From sequence record SRR31156797_6926: a DNA stretch of 32,802 nt; one strand, 5' to 3'. Of this stretch, positions 25,496-32,802 are shown one piece after another. Both the position numbers and the translations under genes were made by a program. The notes under the pieces were generated by a model. That model did no database searches. It was not told where the DNA came from and was given only the letters and a program-made list of their open reading frames with translations. The number at the start of each line of letters is the position of its first letter. Within the stretch, counting starts at the first letter, position 1.

Positions 25496-26743
25496 ATGCA
25501 TATTTATTCTGTATTCTTAAATAATAAATTGATGGGGATATTAAATTCTGAAAAGTACAATGAGATTATTAAGTACTATATATTATTTTTTGTATATGCT
25601 GTATGTATAGGCGGCTATGTACCATACTCTACACTTTTTTTACGGAATCTTGGACTAAACAGTCAGCTTATTGCCAGGATAGTTATGATAATTCCTGCTG
25701 CAGCAATAATTTTGCAGCCTCTATTGGGTAAAGCTGCAGATAAGATGAATAAACCCAAAATTATTGTAACAATTCTAGTTTTAGTTATACTTGTGGGTAT
25801 TCTAAGCTTAATAATCTATCAGAATACAGTTATAATCACTATTGTTATGTCATTTATTGCTATATCGAATGGTGCCGTATACTCAATATTGGTTGCACAA
25901 TCTCTTATATATTTAAGGAAACATGATCTGCTATCGAAATTTAGTACTGTCAGATTACTGTATTCTATAGGTTATGGTGCTGTGAGTCTAATCATGACTT
26001 TTTTGTTCAAGGATAATATTTCATTAGCATTTAGGATATCTGTTGGATTTGGTATTGTTACATTGATAATGGTACAGACAATAAAATGGCACAGCGAAAA
26101 ACCGTATTATAACAAAATAAAGATTCTGGGTATTCTAAGGAAAAGGGAGCTGACATTTTTTCTTGTTTTTAGCTTGCTATTATCCATAAGTACAGCTCAG
26201 ACATATACTTATTTACCTATATTATACAAGGAGCTTAATATTTCTGACAATATGTATGCTCTTAGCTCATTACTGATGATAATTAGTGAAATTCCAATCT
26301 TCTTAGTATTTTCGAAGTGGTATAAGAAATTATCGGTACATAAGATAATCTTAGTTCCAATAGTCAGCATTTTAGTAAGGACTTTGTTGCTGGCTATGAC
26401 TGACAATTTGATAATAATTCTTCTGTCAAATTTATTAAACGGTTTAGGATTTGTATTAATACAGCTTACCATTACTCTGTACGCCAAGAATAAAGTAAGA
26501 GAAGAAGAATTGTCTACTCTACAGTCATTTATAACCAGTGTGATATACAGCGGTGCAAGGCTGATATCTGCGCTTCTTGTTATGGTACTTATTAAATCAT
26601 ATAGTATAAAGCATATACAAAAGTTAAATTCAATGTATATGCTTGTTGTCTTAATTATCTATTTCATTTATTATGTAAATCGTAATGGTTTTATCGCAGA
26701 TAATACTTCATTACACGATAATCCCCCCAATAAATCTTGTTAG
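25496..26743 (+). CDS. MFS transporter (LacY/nucleoside:H+ symporter-like)
   Basis: About 12 TM segments; motifs 'QPLLGKAADK', 'FSTVRLLYSIGY' and 'SEIP'. Start may be 25532. Confidence 0.85.
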   Translation: MHIYSVFLNNKLMGILNSEKYNEIIKYYILFFVYAVCIGGYVPYSTLFLRNLGLNSQLIARIVMIIPAAAIILQPLLGKAADKMNKPKIIVTILVLVILVGILSLIIYQNTVIITIVMSFIAISNGAVYSILVAQSLIYLRKHDLLSKFSTVRLLYSIGYGAVSLIMTFLFKDNISLAFRISVGFGIVTLIMVQTIKWHSEKPYYNKIKILGILRKRELTFFLVFSLLLSISTAQTYTYLPILYKELNISDNMYALSSLLMIISEIPIFLVFSKWYKKLSVHKIILVPIVSILVRTLLLAMTDNLIIILLSNLLNGLGFVLIQLTITLYAKNKVREEELSTLQSFITSVIYSGARLISALLVMVLIKSYSIKHIQKLNSMYMLVVLIIYFIYYVNRNGFIADNTSLHDNPPNKSC

Positions 26744-28106
26744 GATGAAGGAAATCGTTTGCAATATCCTCTGGCAAAGTAATATTCTCAGTTTCAATAC
26801 TTAAATCAGAGAGATTTTCCATGACTTCATTCTGCTGAGTACTGAAAGCAGCTAATTCGCCGGAAGAAATCATGTCCATCATTTTATATGATGTATATTC
26901 ATTCACATTAGTGGTATTTAAGGATAGGCATAGTAGTATAACAGCTATTATTACAGATGCCACTTTGCTAAAACCTATATCAATACCTTTTTGAGAATAA
27001 TACCCCATAGTGTTTATGCTAATCAGAATAATAGCAATTTGCAGTATCATAAATCTCATATTTTCAACTCTTAAGGGACCTTTACTGCCGAGACCATACA
27101 TAACAGGAACATATTGTGCCAAAAACAGCAGTCCGATAATAGCTGAAGCAATTAAAGGATGTACAAATTTTATCTTACTGTTGCCTGTAATTTTTTTATA
27201 ATTTGGAATTAGCAATATCATAACCGGCAGTACTAAAGATAATAATATCCATTTTGGCAGTTCTATAAACATATCCCGCACACTATAGAGCGCAACATTG
27301 ATAAGCGAAATGCTTTCATATTCTGATGCTCGCATACTGTTGCCGGGAGCAAGTACATTTAATAAGAAACATACAATAAATATTACAAACAATGATAGGT
27401 AATAGTATCTGTCCCTTGTTTTCTTGATTAAATTATAAAGTGTGAAAAGAGCAAAGCCACAGGCGAAAACTAGACCCATTGGATAGTTTGAACCGCCTAG
27501 ATATACTAATATTAATGTAAGTAATATGAATAATACAACTCTCCAGAATTTCCTCTTGCTATATGTAAACCAAGTAAGTCCAGCAATAAATAAACAAAGC
27601 AAGCTAAATGCAAACTGATAGTGTATACTGCCATTATGCCAATAATACGCCTCATATATTGAGGGCATAAGCTGTGTGATTGTAATAAAGTAAGCACACA
27701 GGATTATTGTAATGTATTTGGACTTTGCTTTTAGGAAATACTTATTCAATGTATAGGCGACAATTGACTGAGAAGCAAGGCTTAGGATAAACATTGCAAA
27801 CAGACAGAACCTGTAGAATTCTATGGAAAATACTCCGGGCTGTAATGACATCATAAACATGGAGGAATAAGTACCCTGCCATGTAAAATAGTCGTTCTTA
27901 ACTCGCTCAATTGCTACCTTTACTGTTGCAAATATATCGTGAGAAGTCTGGTATTCACTTCTGGCATACCTGCCGTATAAGAAATCGTCAGTATTTATTA
28001 TTGCATGATTGAACAAAACCAGCATGGGTGATATTGCTATCAGGATAATCAGTGCACAGATAATATTAACTTTATGCTTGTTTAAAAAGAGAATAAACTT
28101 ACTCAT
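26691..28106 (-). CDS. DUF6056-like multi-TM protein (putative GT-C glycosyltransferase)
   Basis: N-terminal TM followed by 'DDF.Y', 'YFTWQGTYSS', 'EAYYW..GS..Y' and 'APGNSMR'. Confidence 0.65.
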   Translation of the reverse strand: MSKFILFLNKHKVNIICALIILIAISPMLVLFNHAIINTDDFLYGRYARSEYQTSHDIFATVKVAIERVKNDYFTWQGTYSSMFMMSLQPGVFSIEFYRFCLFAMFILSLASQSIVAYTLNKYFLKAKSKYITIILCAYFITITQLMPSIYEAYYWHNGSIHYQFAFSLLCLFIAGLTWFTYSKRKFWRVVLFILLTLILVYLGGSNYPMGLVFACGFALFTLYNLIKKTRDRYYYLSLFVIFIVCFLLNVLAPGNSMRASEYESISLINVALYSVRDMFIELPKWILLSLVLPVMILLIPNYKKITGNSKIKFVHPLIASAIIGLLFLAQYVPVMYGLGSKGPLRVENMRFMILQIAIILISINTMGYYSQKGIDIGFSKVASVIIAVILLCLSLNTTNVNEYTSYKMMDMISSGELAAFSTQQNEVMENLSDLSIETENITLPEDIANDFLHPNKIYWGDYRVMKYYLR

Positions 28107-28213
28107 ACTAACCTCATCAAATAATATATTAGATAAATATCAACATATTATACCATAATATATATTTGTGATAAAGCCAGTGTGTTGTCATTAATCAATT
28201 ATATTAGTTTCTT

Positions 28214-28642
28214 TTATTCTTCGCCAATAGCAAATGCCAGCTTGGCAGTAGCAGCAACGTCATCTCCAACCTTTACAGTGCCTTCGCCAAAGCCAATACC
28301 AAATTTGATTTTATCAATAGAAATGAATATATCCAGCAAGTCACCTGGCTTAACCATTTTGCTAAACTTTGCTTTATCAATCTTTACCAAAAAAGCAAGT
28401 TTGTTTTTCATTTCCTCCATTGTCATCAATGCAATTGCTCCAGTTTGTGCCATTGCTTCTATCAGGAGCACACCGGGCATAACCTTCAATTTGTCAAAGT
28501 GTCCCATGAAAAACCACTCATTACAGCTGATTGCTCTTTGACCATGAGCTGTTTTACCGGGTTCAAATTCTAGAATCCTATCCACCATTATAAATGGCTC
28601 TCTGTGGGGAATTATCTCTTTTATCTCCTCAATATTTAGCAT
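28214..28642 (-). CDS. fabZ: 3-hydroxyacyl-ACP dehydratase
   Basis: Motifs 'IPHREPFIMVDR' and 'FF.GHF....VMPGVLLIEAMAQ'. Confidence 0.95.
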   Translation of the reverse strand: MLNIEEIKEIIPHREPFIMVDRILEFEPGKTAHGQRAISCNEWFFMGHFDKLKVMPGVLLIEAMAQTGAIALMTMEEMKNKLAFLVKIDKAKFSKMVKPGDLLDIFISIDKIKFGIGFGEGTVKVGDDVAATAKLAFAIGEE

Positions 28643-28678
28643 ATATATATCTCCTTTTTGCTAAATTATAAAATATTA

Positions 28679-29635
28679 TTAATTAAATCTGGTTGGATCA
28701 AGACGCTTGTTGTCCTCCATGTCCATCCACATGCCGAAGAATATGAACTGACAGCCCATAAAAAAGGCTAGGAAACATATTAATGCCGTTGTCTTTGGTA
28801 AATCGTGAAGCCAGATTATTCTATACAAAAATCTTATAAGCATTATAACTGATACTAAAATGCCTAAGAAACCAAATTTGTAGAATAGAACAAGAGGATT
28901 GAAAGAGCGAACCATGTATTTGCGCCACATTCTCCTGTTAAACCATTTTACTTGAAGGTATAAGGTCTTAACTATATATCTTCCTAATTTGATTTTTGAT
29001 TCTTCTTCGCCGTATACAGCTTTAACTGGTACATCTTTTAATTTGAAATCTGCAATATTGAGCAAATTCATAAGGTCAGTGTTATAGCCGTATCTTGGGG
29101 TCATTTCTTCAAATGGGATTGACTTTATCGCTTTTAAACTAATTGCAGAATATGCACATTGAGAATCCAGAGTATGGAAATATCCAGAACTCATCTTTGA
29201 CATAAATGAAAGCACGCTGTTACCAAAGAATCTTAGCTTTGGCATATTAACAACGGATTCTGTGGTTAGGCGATTACCCTTGCAGAAGTCAACTTCACCA
29301 TCTACAACAGGTCCAACTACTGTGGGTAAATCATCAGGATCCATTTGTGCATCACCATTCATAATAGCAGTTACATCCATTTCCAGCTCTATTGCCTTGG
29401 CAAAACCTGATTTGATAGTTGATCCCAAACCTTTGTTTACTTTATGCTCAATTAAGACCACTCTATCATCTTCTTTTTGATATTCCTTTATTCTGTCTAA
29501 AGTATCATCTGTTCCACAGTCATTGATAACAATTATTTTGTCAACGAAATCGGGCATTGTAGATAGAGTTTTTGTAATCAAATGACCTTCATTGTATGCA
29601 GACACAAGTGTTGCAATTGTCTTACCCTTTAGCAT
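28679..29635 (-). CDS. GT2 family glycosyltransferase with two C-terminal TM helices
   Basis: Motifs 'AYNE', 'INDCGTD', 'N.GLG', 'NGDAQMDP', 'KGNR' and 'DSQC'. Confidence 0.9.
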   Translation of the reverse strand: MLKGKTIATLVSAYNEGHLITKTLSTMPDFVDKIIVINDCGTDDTLDRIKEYQKEDDRVVLIEHKVNKGLGSTIKSGFAKAIELEMDVTAIMNGDAQMDPDDLPTVVGPVVDGEVDFCKGNRLTTESVVNMPKLRFFGNSVLSFMSKMSSGYFHTLDSQCAYSAISLKAIKSIPFEEMTPRYGYNTDLMNLLNIADFKLKDVPVKAVYGEEESKIKLGRYIVKTLYLQVKWFNRRMWRKYMVRSFNPLVLFYKFGFLGILVSVIMLIRFLYRIIWLHDLPKTTALICFLAFFMGCQFIFFGMWMDMEDNKRLDPTRFN

Positions 29636-29688
29636 ATACTGCTCCTATAAATTAATGTACTATTTTTTATATCTTGATAACTTAAAAT

Positions 29689-29717
29689 ATTGTAACAGTA
29701 AATAAAATCAAAGTCAA
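29689..29717 (-). promoter_or_regulatory. Sigma-A promoter of GT2-fabZ
   Basis: TTGACT-N17-TACAAT with extended -10 TG. Confidence 0.6.
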
Positions 29718-29825
29718 ATTACTTTGTTTTAAATATGTTTATGGTATTTCTTACTAATTCTAATTCGTAATGATGTACTGTGATTCTACAAGTTTAATTA
29801 ATTGCAATTTAGGGTTTTGTTCAAT

Positions 29826-31190
29826 TTAACGTCTGTCTGCAACGAGATTATTAATCCATTTTCCGCTTTTTACCCTAATTATAGATGGAATGACTTTGAT
29901 TATTTCATACCCTATCAATATAATTAAAATAACAATATTAGGAACTGTGAATATTTTTACACTCACAAAGCAAAGAAAAACAGCTGCAAATTGAGGTATT
30001 ATATCCCAAAATAAGACATACATAGTATCTCCGCCTGCTCGCATTACACCACCAGTCAGTATTTTTATAGGACCTCTAAATATTATGAAAAATGAAAAGA
30101 TACTTAGATAAAGGCTAGCAATATCTTTGGTTTGCTTAGATACATTGAACATACTTATAATAGAGGGAATACTAATTATGAGTATTATTGCTAGTATAAT
30201 GCTTAATACTAATCCGCTCCATAAGAATTTGTTAGCATATCGTTGCGCTTTTTTATATTTTGATTCTCCAATTAACTTTCCTATTGATACAGATGCAGCT
30301 GCACACATGCTCCAAAAGAATATCCATATAAGTGTTTCTACCTGCTTGGCTATATTTGCTCCAGCAAATAGTTCTTTACTGATTTTACCTATGATTGAGA
30401 AAAATAAAGCATTACCAAATCCATATAAAAGTTCATTTATGAACACACTGCCAGATGTATCAATAAAATTTTTTGCTAGATTTTTTTCTGGTAAATATCG
30501 TTTAATGTGCTTTATTGCAATTGCTGTTTTTTTGGAGTATATTACGACAATTATTGAAAGAGCTTGAACAGCTCTTGATATCAATGTAGCTATAGCAGCT
30601 CCTCGTACTCCTAGTTCTGGGAAAATGCTAATACCGAATATAAGAATATAGTTTAATAACACATTCAATGCTAAAGCAAAGATTGTTATATATACTGAGA
30701 TTTTTATTTTTTCAATAGAACGAAGAGAATAGCTCAAAAATATTGACAGAGCAGCTGGAATATATGAAAAGCATACAATTTTTAAATAATCAGTTCCTAT
30801 ATTAATTACATTTTCATCTTTTGTGAAAAATCGTATGATTGTTTCTGCAGACAATAAAATATAGACTGTAACTATTAGCATAAATGGAACAAGTATACTC
30901 AAACCAAATACAACACTTTTCTTTAATCCTTCTATATCTTTTTTACCCCAATATTGAGCCATAAATATTGCTACACCGCTTGACACCCCAAGAATTATTA
31001 AATTCAGTATAAAATAAACTTGATTTGATGCACCTACAGCTGCAATTGCATTGTCTCCTAATGTACCTACCATTACGGTATCAATTAGATTCACCATTGC
31101 GCTTATCATATTTTGTGTAAGAATAGGGAATCCGATAACTATTAATACCTTGAAGAATTCTTTGTTGCTGCTGCTAACAATGTTTTTCAT
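29826..31190 (-). CDS. MATE family efflux transporter
   Basis: Motifs 'NLIDTVMVGTLG..AIAAVG', 'AQYWG', 'LNYILIFG...PELGVRGAAIAT' and 'RAGGDT'. Confidence 0.95.
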   Translation of the reverse strand: MKNIVSSSNKEFFKVLIVIGFPILTQNMISAMVNLIDTVMVGTLGDNAIAAVGASNQVYFILNLIILGVSSGVAIFMAQYWGKKDIEGLKKSVVFGLSILVPFMLIVTVYILLSAETIIRFFTKDENVINIGTDYLKIVCFSYIPAALSIFLSYSLRSIEKIKISVYITIFALALNVLLNYILIFGISIFPELGVRGAAIATLISRAVQALSIIVVIYSKKTAIAIKHIKRYLPEKNLAKNFIDTSGSVFINELLYGFGNALFFSIIGKISKELFAGANIAKQVETLIWIFFWSMCAAASVSIGKLIGESKYKKAQRYANKFLWSGLVLSIILAIILIISIPSIISMFNVSKQTKDIASLYLSIFSFFIIFRGPIKILTGGVMRAGGDTMYVLFWDIIPQFAAVFLCFVSVKIFTVPNIVILIILIGYEIIKVIPSIIRVKSGKWINNLVADRR

Positions 31191-31217
31191 TATTTACCTC
31201 TTTTATTATTATCAATA

Positions 31218-31253
31218 CAATAAGAAAAGCGATAAAATTTAATTTATCGCTTT
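31218..31253 (-). terminator. Intrinsic terminator inside the MATE 5' leader
   Basis: Perfect 11-bp stem AAAGCGATAAA/TTTATCGCTTT, followed on the minus strand by TCTTATT; ~35 nt upstream of the MATE ATG. Confidence 0.7.
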
Positions 31254-31394
31254 GTTATATTTATCTATTCTATTTAAACTATTTAAAATCTCTTTTATAC
31301 ATAAATAATTACTTTGCTTTTTTATTATCTTCGTTCTTTTCAAATTGAAATTATTTATTGATGTATGAGTAATTTGAGATAGTAGTTTATACAT
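31239..31394 (-). CDS. Unannotated 51-aa uORF or small protein upstream of MATE
   Basis: AAAGGA RBS 6 nt before ATG; encodes MYKLLSQITHTSINNFNLKRTKIIKKQSNYLCIKEILNSLNRIDKYNKAIN; upstream promoter TTGAAA-N16-TATAAT (31450-31423). Confidence 0.5.
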   Translation of the reverse strand: MYKLLSQITHTSINNFNLKRTKIIKKQSNYLCIKEILNSLNRIDKYNKAIN

Positions 31395-31496
31395 TTTTAT
31401 TCCTTTGTCATAATTAAAAACAATTATACTATATAAATGGTAATTTTCAAGAAAAAATTCAGCGTGATAATATACAAAGTTTTAAATATTCAAATA

Positions 31497-31525
31497 TTGA
31501 CAGTGGAATAATCATATGATAGCAT
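31497..31525 (+). promoter_or_regulatory. Sigma-A promoter of rex
   Basis: TTGACA-N17-TAGCAT with extended -10 TG. Confidence 0.65.
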
Positions 31526-31566
31526 ATTTATGGATATAGAATTATCTGATACAGAAGAGGGGGAAT

Positions 31567-32193
31567 ATGCCAATTACACCAATTCCAGAGCCTACTTTGC
31601 GCAGGCTTCCAATGTATTATCATTATTTATCAAAACAAAAGGCTAAAGGCAGGGAGAGCATCTCCTGTACTTATATTGCAAATGATTTAGATTTGATTGC
31701 AATACAGGTTAGAAAAGACCTGCAGATAGCAGGTGCTGTAGGTAAACCAAAGATAGGATATAATATCAGTGAACTTATTGATGTTATAGGAAATACACTA
31801 GGGTATAATAATATAAACGATGCTTTTTTAGTTGGAGCAGGTAATCTGGGGCAAGCATTGCTGGGGTATAAAGAATTCAGTAAATATGGACTCAATATTG
31901 TAGCTGCATTTGATATTTCTCCATTTAAAATCAGTAAAGAATTCTTTGGCAAAAGAGTCTTTCCAATTACAAAAATGACTGATTTAGCAAAAAGAATGAA
32001 TATACAAATCGGTATAATAACAACAAATGCACCAAGTGCTCAAAAAGTAGCAGATGCAATGGTGGAATCAGGGATAAAAGGTATCTGGAATTTTGCACCA
32101 GTACATTTGAATGTACCGGAAAATATCATTGTTCAAAACGAAAACCTCGCTACCTCGCTTTCTATGCTGTTAAGCAAAGTAAAGAATCAATAA
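31567..32193 (+). CDS. rex: Redox-sensing transcriptional repressor Rex
   Basis: Motifs 'IPEPTLRRLPMY', 'QVRKDL', 'VGAGNLGQAL' and 'GIWNFAP'. Confidence 0.97.
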   Translation: MPITPIPEPTLRRLPMYYHYLSKQKAKGRESISCTYIANDLDLIAIQVRKDLQIAGAVGKPKIGYNISELIDVIGNTLGYNNINDAFLVGAGNLGQALLGYKEFSKYGLNIVAAFDISPFKISKEFFGKRVFPITKMTDLAKRMNIQIGIITTNAPSAQKVADAMVESGIKGIWNFAPVHLNVPENIIVQNENLATSLSMLLSKVKNQ

Positions 32194-32201
32194 ATTTAGT
32201 G

Positions 32202-32230
32202 TTGTTATACTATGAAAAAGATGTTATAAT
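32202..32230 (+). promoter_or_regulatory. Sigma-A promoter of rpsF-ssb
   Basis: TTGTTA-N17-TATAAT with extended -10 TG. Confidence 0.7.
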
Positions 32231-32243
32231 ACGTCGTTGAGAG

Positions 32244-32296
32244 CCCATCTTCTCCGGTATAAAAAATATCGGACAATTGACCAAGGAGGTGAAAAA
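32244..32296 (+). ncRNA. S6:S18 ribosomal protein leader-like cis-regulatory RNA
   Basis: CAUCUUCU (32246-53) pairs with the SD AGGAGGUG (32284-91); inner hairpin CCGGUAU/AUAUCGG; located in the rpsF 5' UTR. Confidence 0.65.
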
Positions 32297-32599
32297 ATGA
32301 ACAAATACGAAGTTTTATATGTCATTGATGCAACTGTTGCAGAGGATCAAATCGCTGCAAGTGTGCAAAAATATGAGGATCTTGTAAAGCAGCATAAAGG
32401 CGAAGTCCTAAATGTTGATAAATGGGGCAAGAGAACTCTGGCATATCCTATTGACTACAAAACAGAGGGTTTCTACGTCTTAATGGATTTTATGGCAGAA
32501 CCTGATTTCCCATCAGAAATGGAACGTGTTATGAAAATATCAGAAGATATTATACGTTACATGGTTGTTCGTAAAGAAGACAAAAAACCACAAGAATAA
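32297..32599 (+). CDS. rpsF: 30S ribosomal protein S6
   Basis: Motifs 'MNKYEVLYVI', 'WGKRTLAYPI' and 'IIRYMVVR'; AGGAGG RBS. Confidence 0.97.
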   Translation: MNKYEVLYVIDATVAEDQIAASVQKYEDLVKQHKGEVLNVDKWGKRTLAYPIDYKTEGFYVLMDFMAEPDFPSEMERVMKISEDIIRYMVVRKEDKKPQE

Positions 32600-32619
32600 T
32601 TTATTAAAGGTGGCTAATT

Positions 32620-32802
32620 ATGAATAGATGTTTCCTAATAGGTAATTTGACAAAAGACCCTGAGCTTCGCACAACAGGCACAGGATTGAGTGTATGCTCA
32701 TTTTCAATTGGAGTCAGCAGAAGATTTTCCAATCAAAACGGTGAGAGAGAAAGTGATTTCTTTAATATAGTTGTCTGGAGAAAGCAGGCAGAAAATGCTG
32801 CA
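32620..32802 (+). CDS. ssb: Single-stranded DNA-binding protein (partial, runs off the right edge)
   Basis: Translates as [19 protein letters not shown]...[17 protein letters not shown]; follows rpsF. Confidence 0.95.
   Translation, partial: MNRCFLIGNLTKDPELRTTGTGLSVCSFSIGVSRRFSNQNGERESDFFNIVVWRKQAENAA

Noticed and set aside
31405-31423. Rex autoregulatory site upstream of rex
   Set aside because: TTGTCATAATTAAAAACAA is 19 bp with poor symmetry and is not distinguishable from AT-rich background.
32237-32296. 20-aa N-terminal extension of RpsF
   Set aside because: This is the structured 5' leader. The true start is ATG 32297 after AGGAGG.
1-32802. Prophage, defence island, tRNA or rRNA
   Set aside because: No integrase, phage, toxin-antitoxin or restriction genes, and no GC-rich structural RNA blocks recognised.

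Overview
AT-rich (roughly 30% GC by eye) chromosomal segment of a spore-forming Clostridia-type Firmicute, made mostly of housekeeping genes. It holds: a gerKA-gerKC-small-protein germinant receptor operon; glutathione peroxidase with a DsrE-like gene; a lipoprotein CBM4-Ig-GH9 glucanase; a 2H phosphoesterase; DAHP synthase; DegV; an Hpt plus REC-HD-GYP pair; divIC-tdk-chrA-chrA; DUF1292-TetR; DUF3343 divergent from a cysteine desulfurase and ArsC-like gene; GT2-DUF2304; a parvulin PPIase; a small membrane protein; an ECF-S/MBL/comEC/holA operon; DUF502; MFS; a DUF6056-like protein; fabZ; GT2; MATE; rex; and rpsF-ssb. No mobile element, CRISPR array, tRNA or rRNA was seen. The most striking unannotated signal is a ~150-nt non-coding 5' leader present twice, 25 kb apart (23-180 and 25256-25406, 55/62 identical in the core), each copy ending at a ribosome-binding site. 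Next are a 51-codon uORF whose stop lies in the loop of a terminator in the MATE leader, and three proteins with degenerate catalytic or metal sites (HD-GYP, ComEC nuclease domain, thymidine kinase zinc site). All family calls come from motif recognition by eye; no searches were run.
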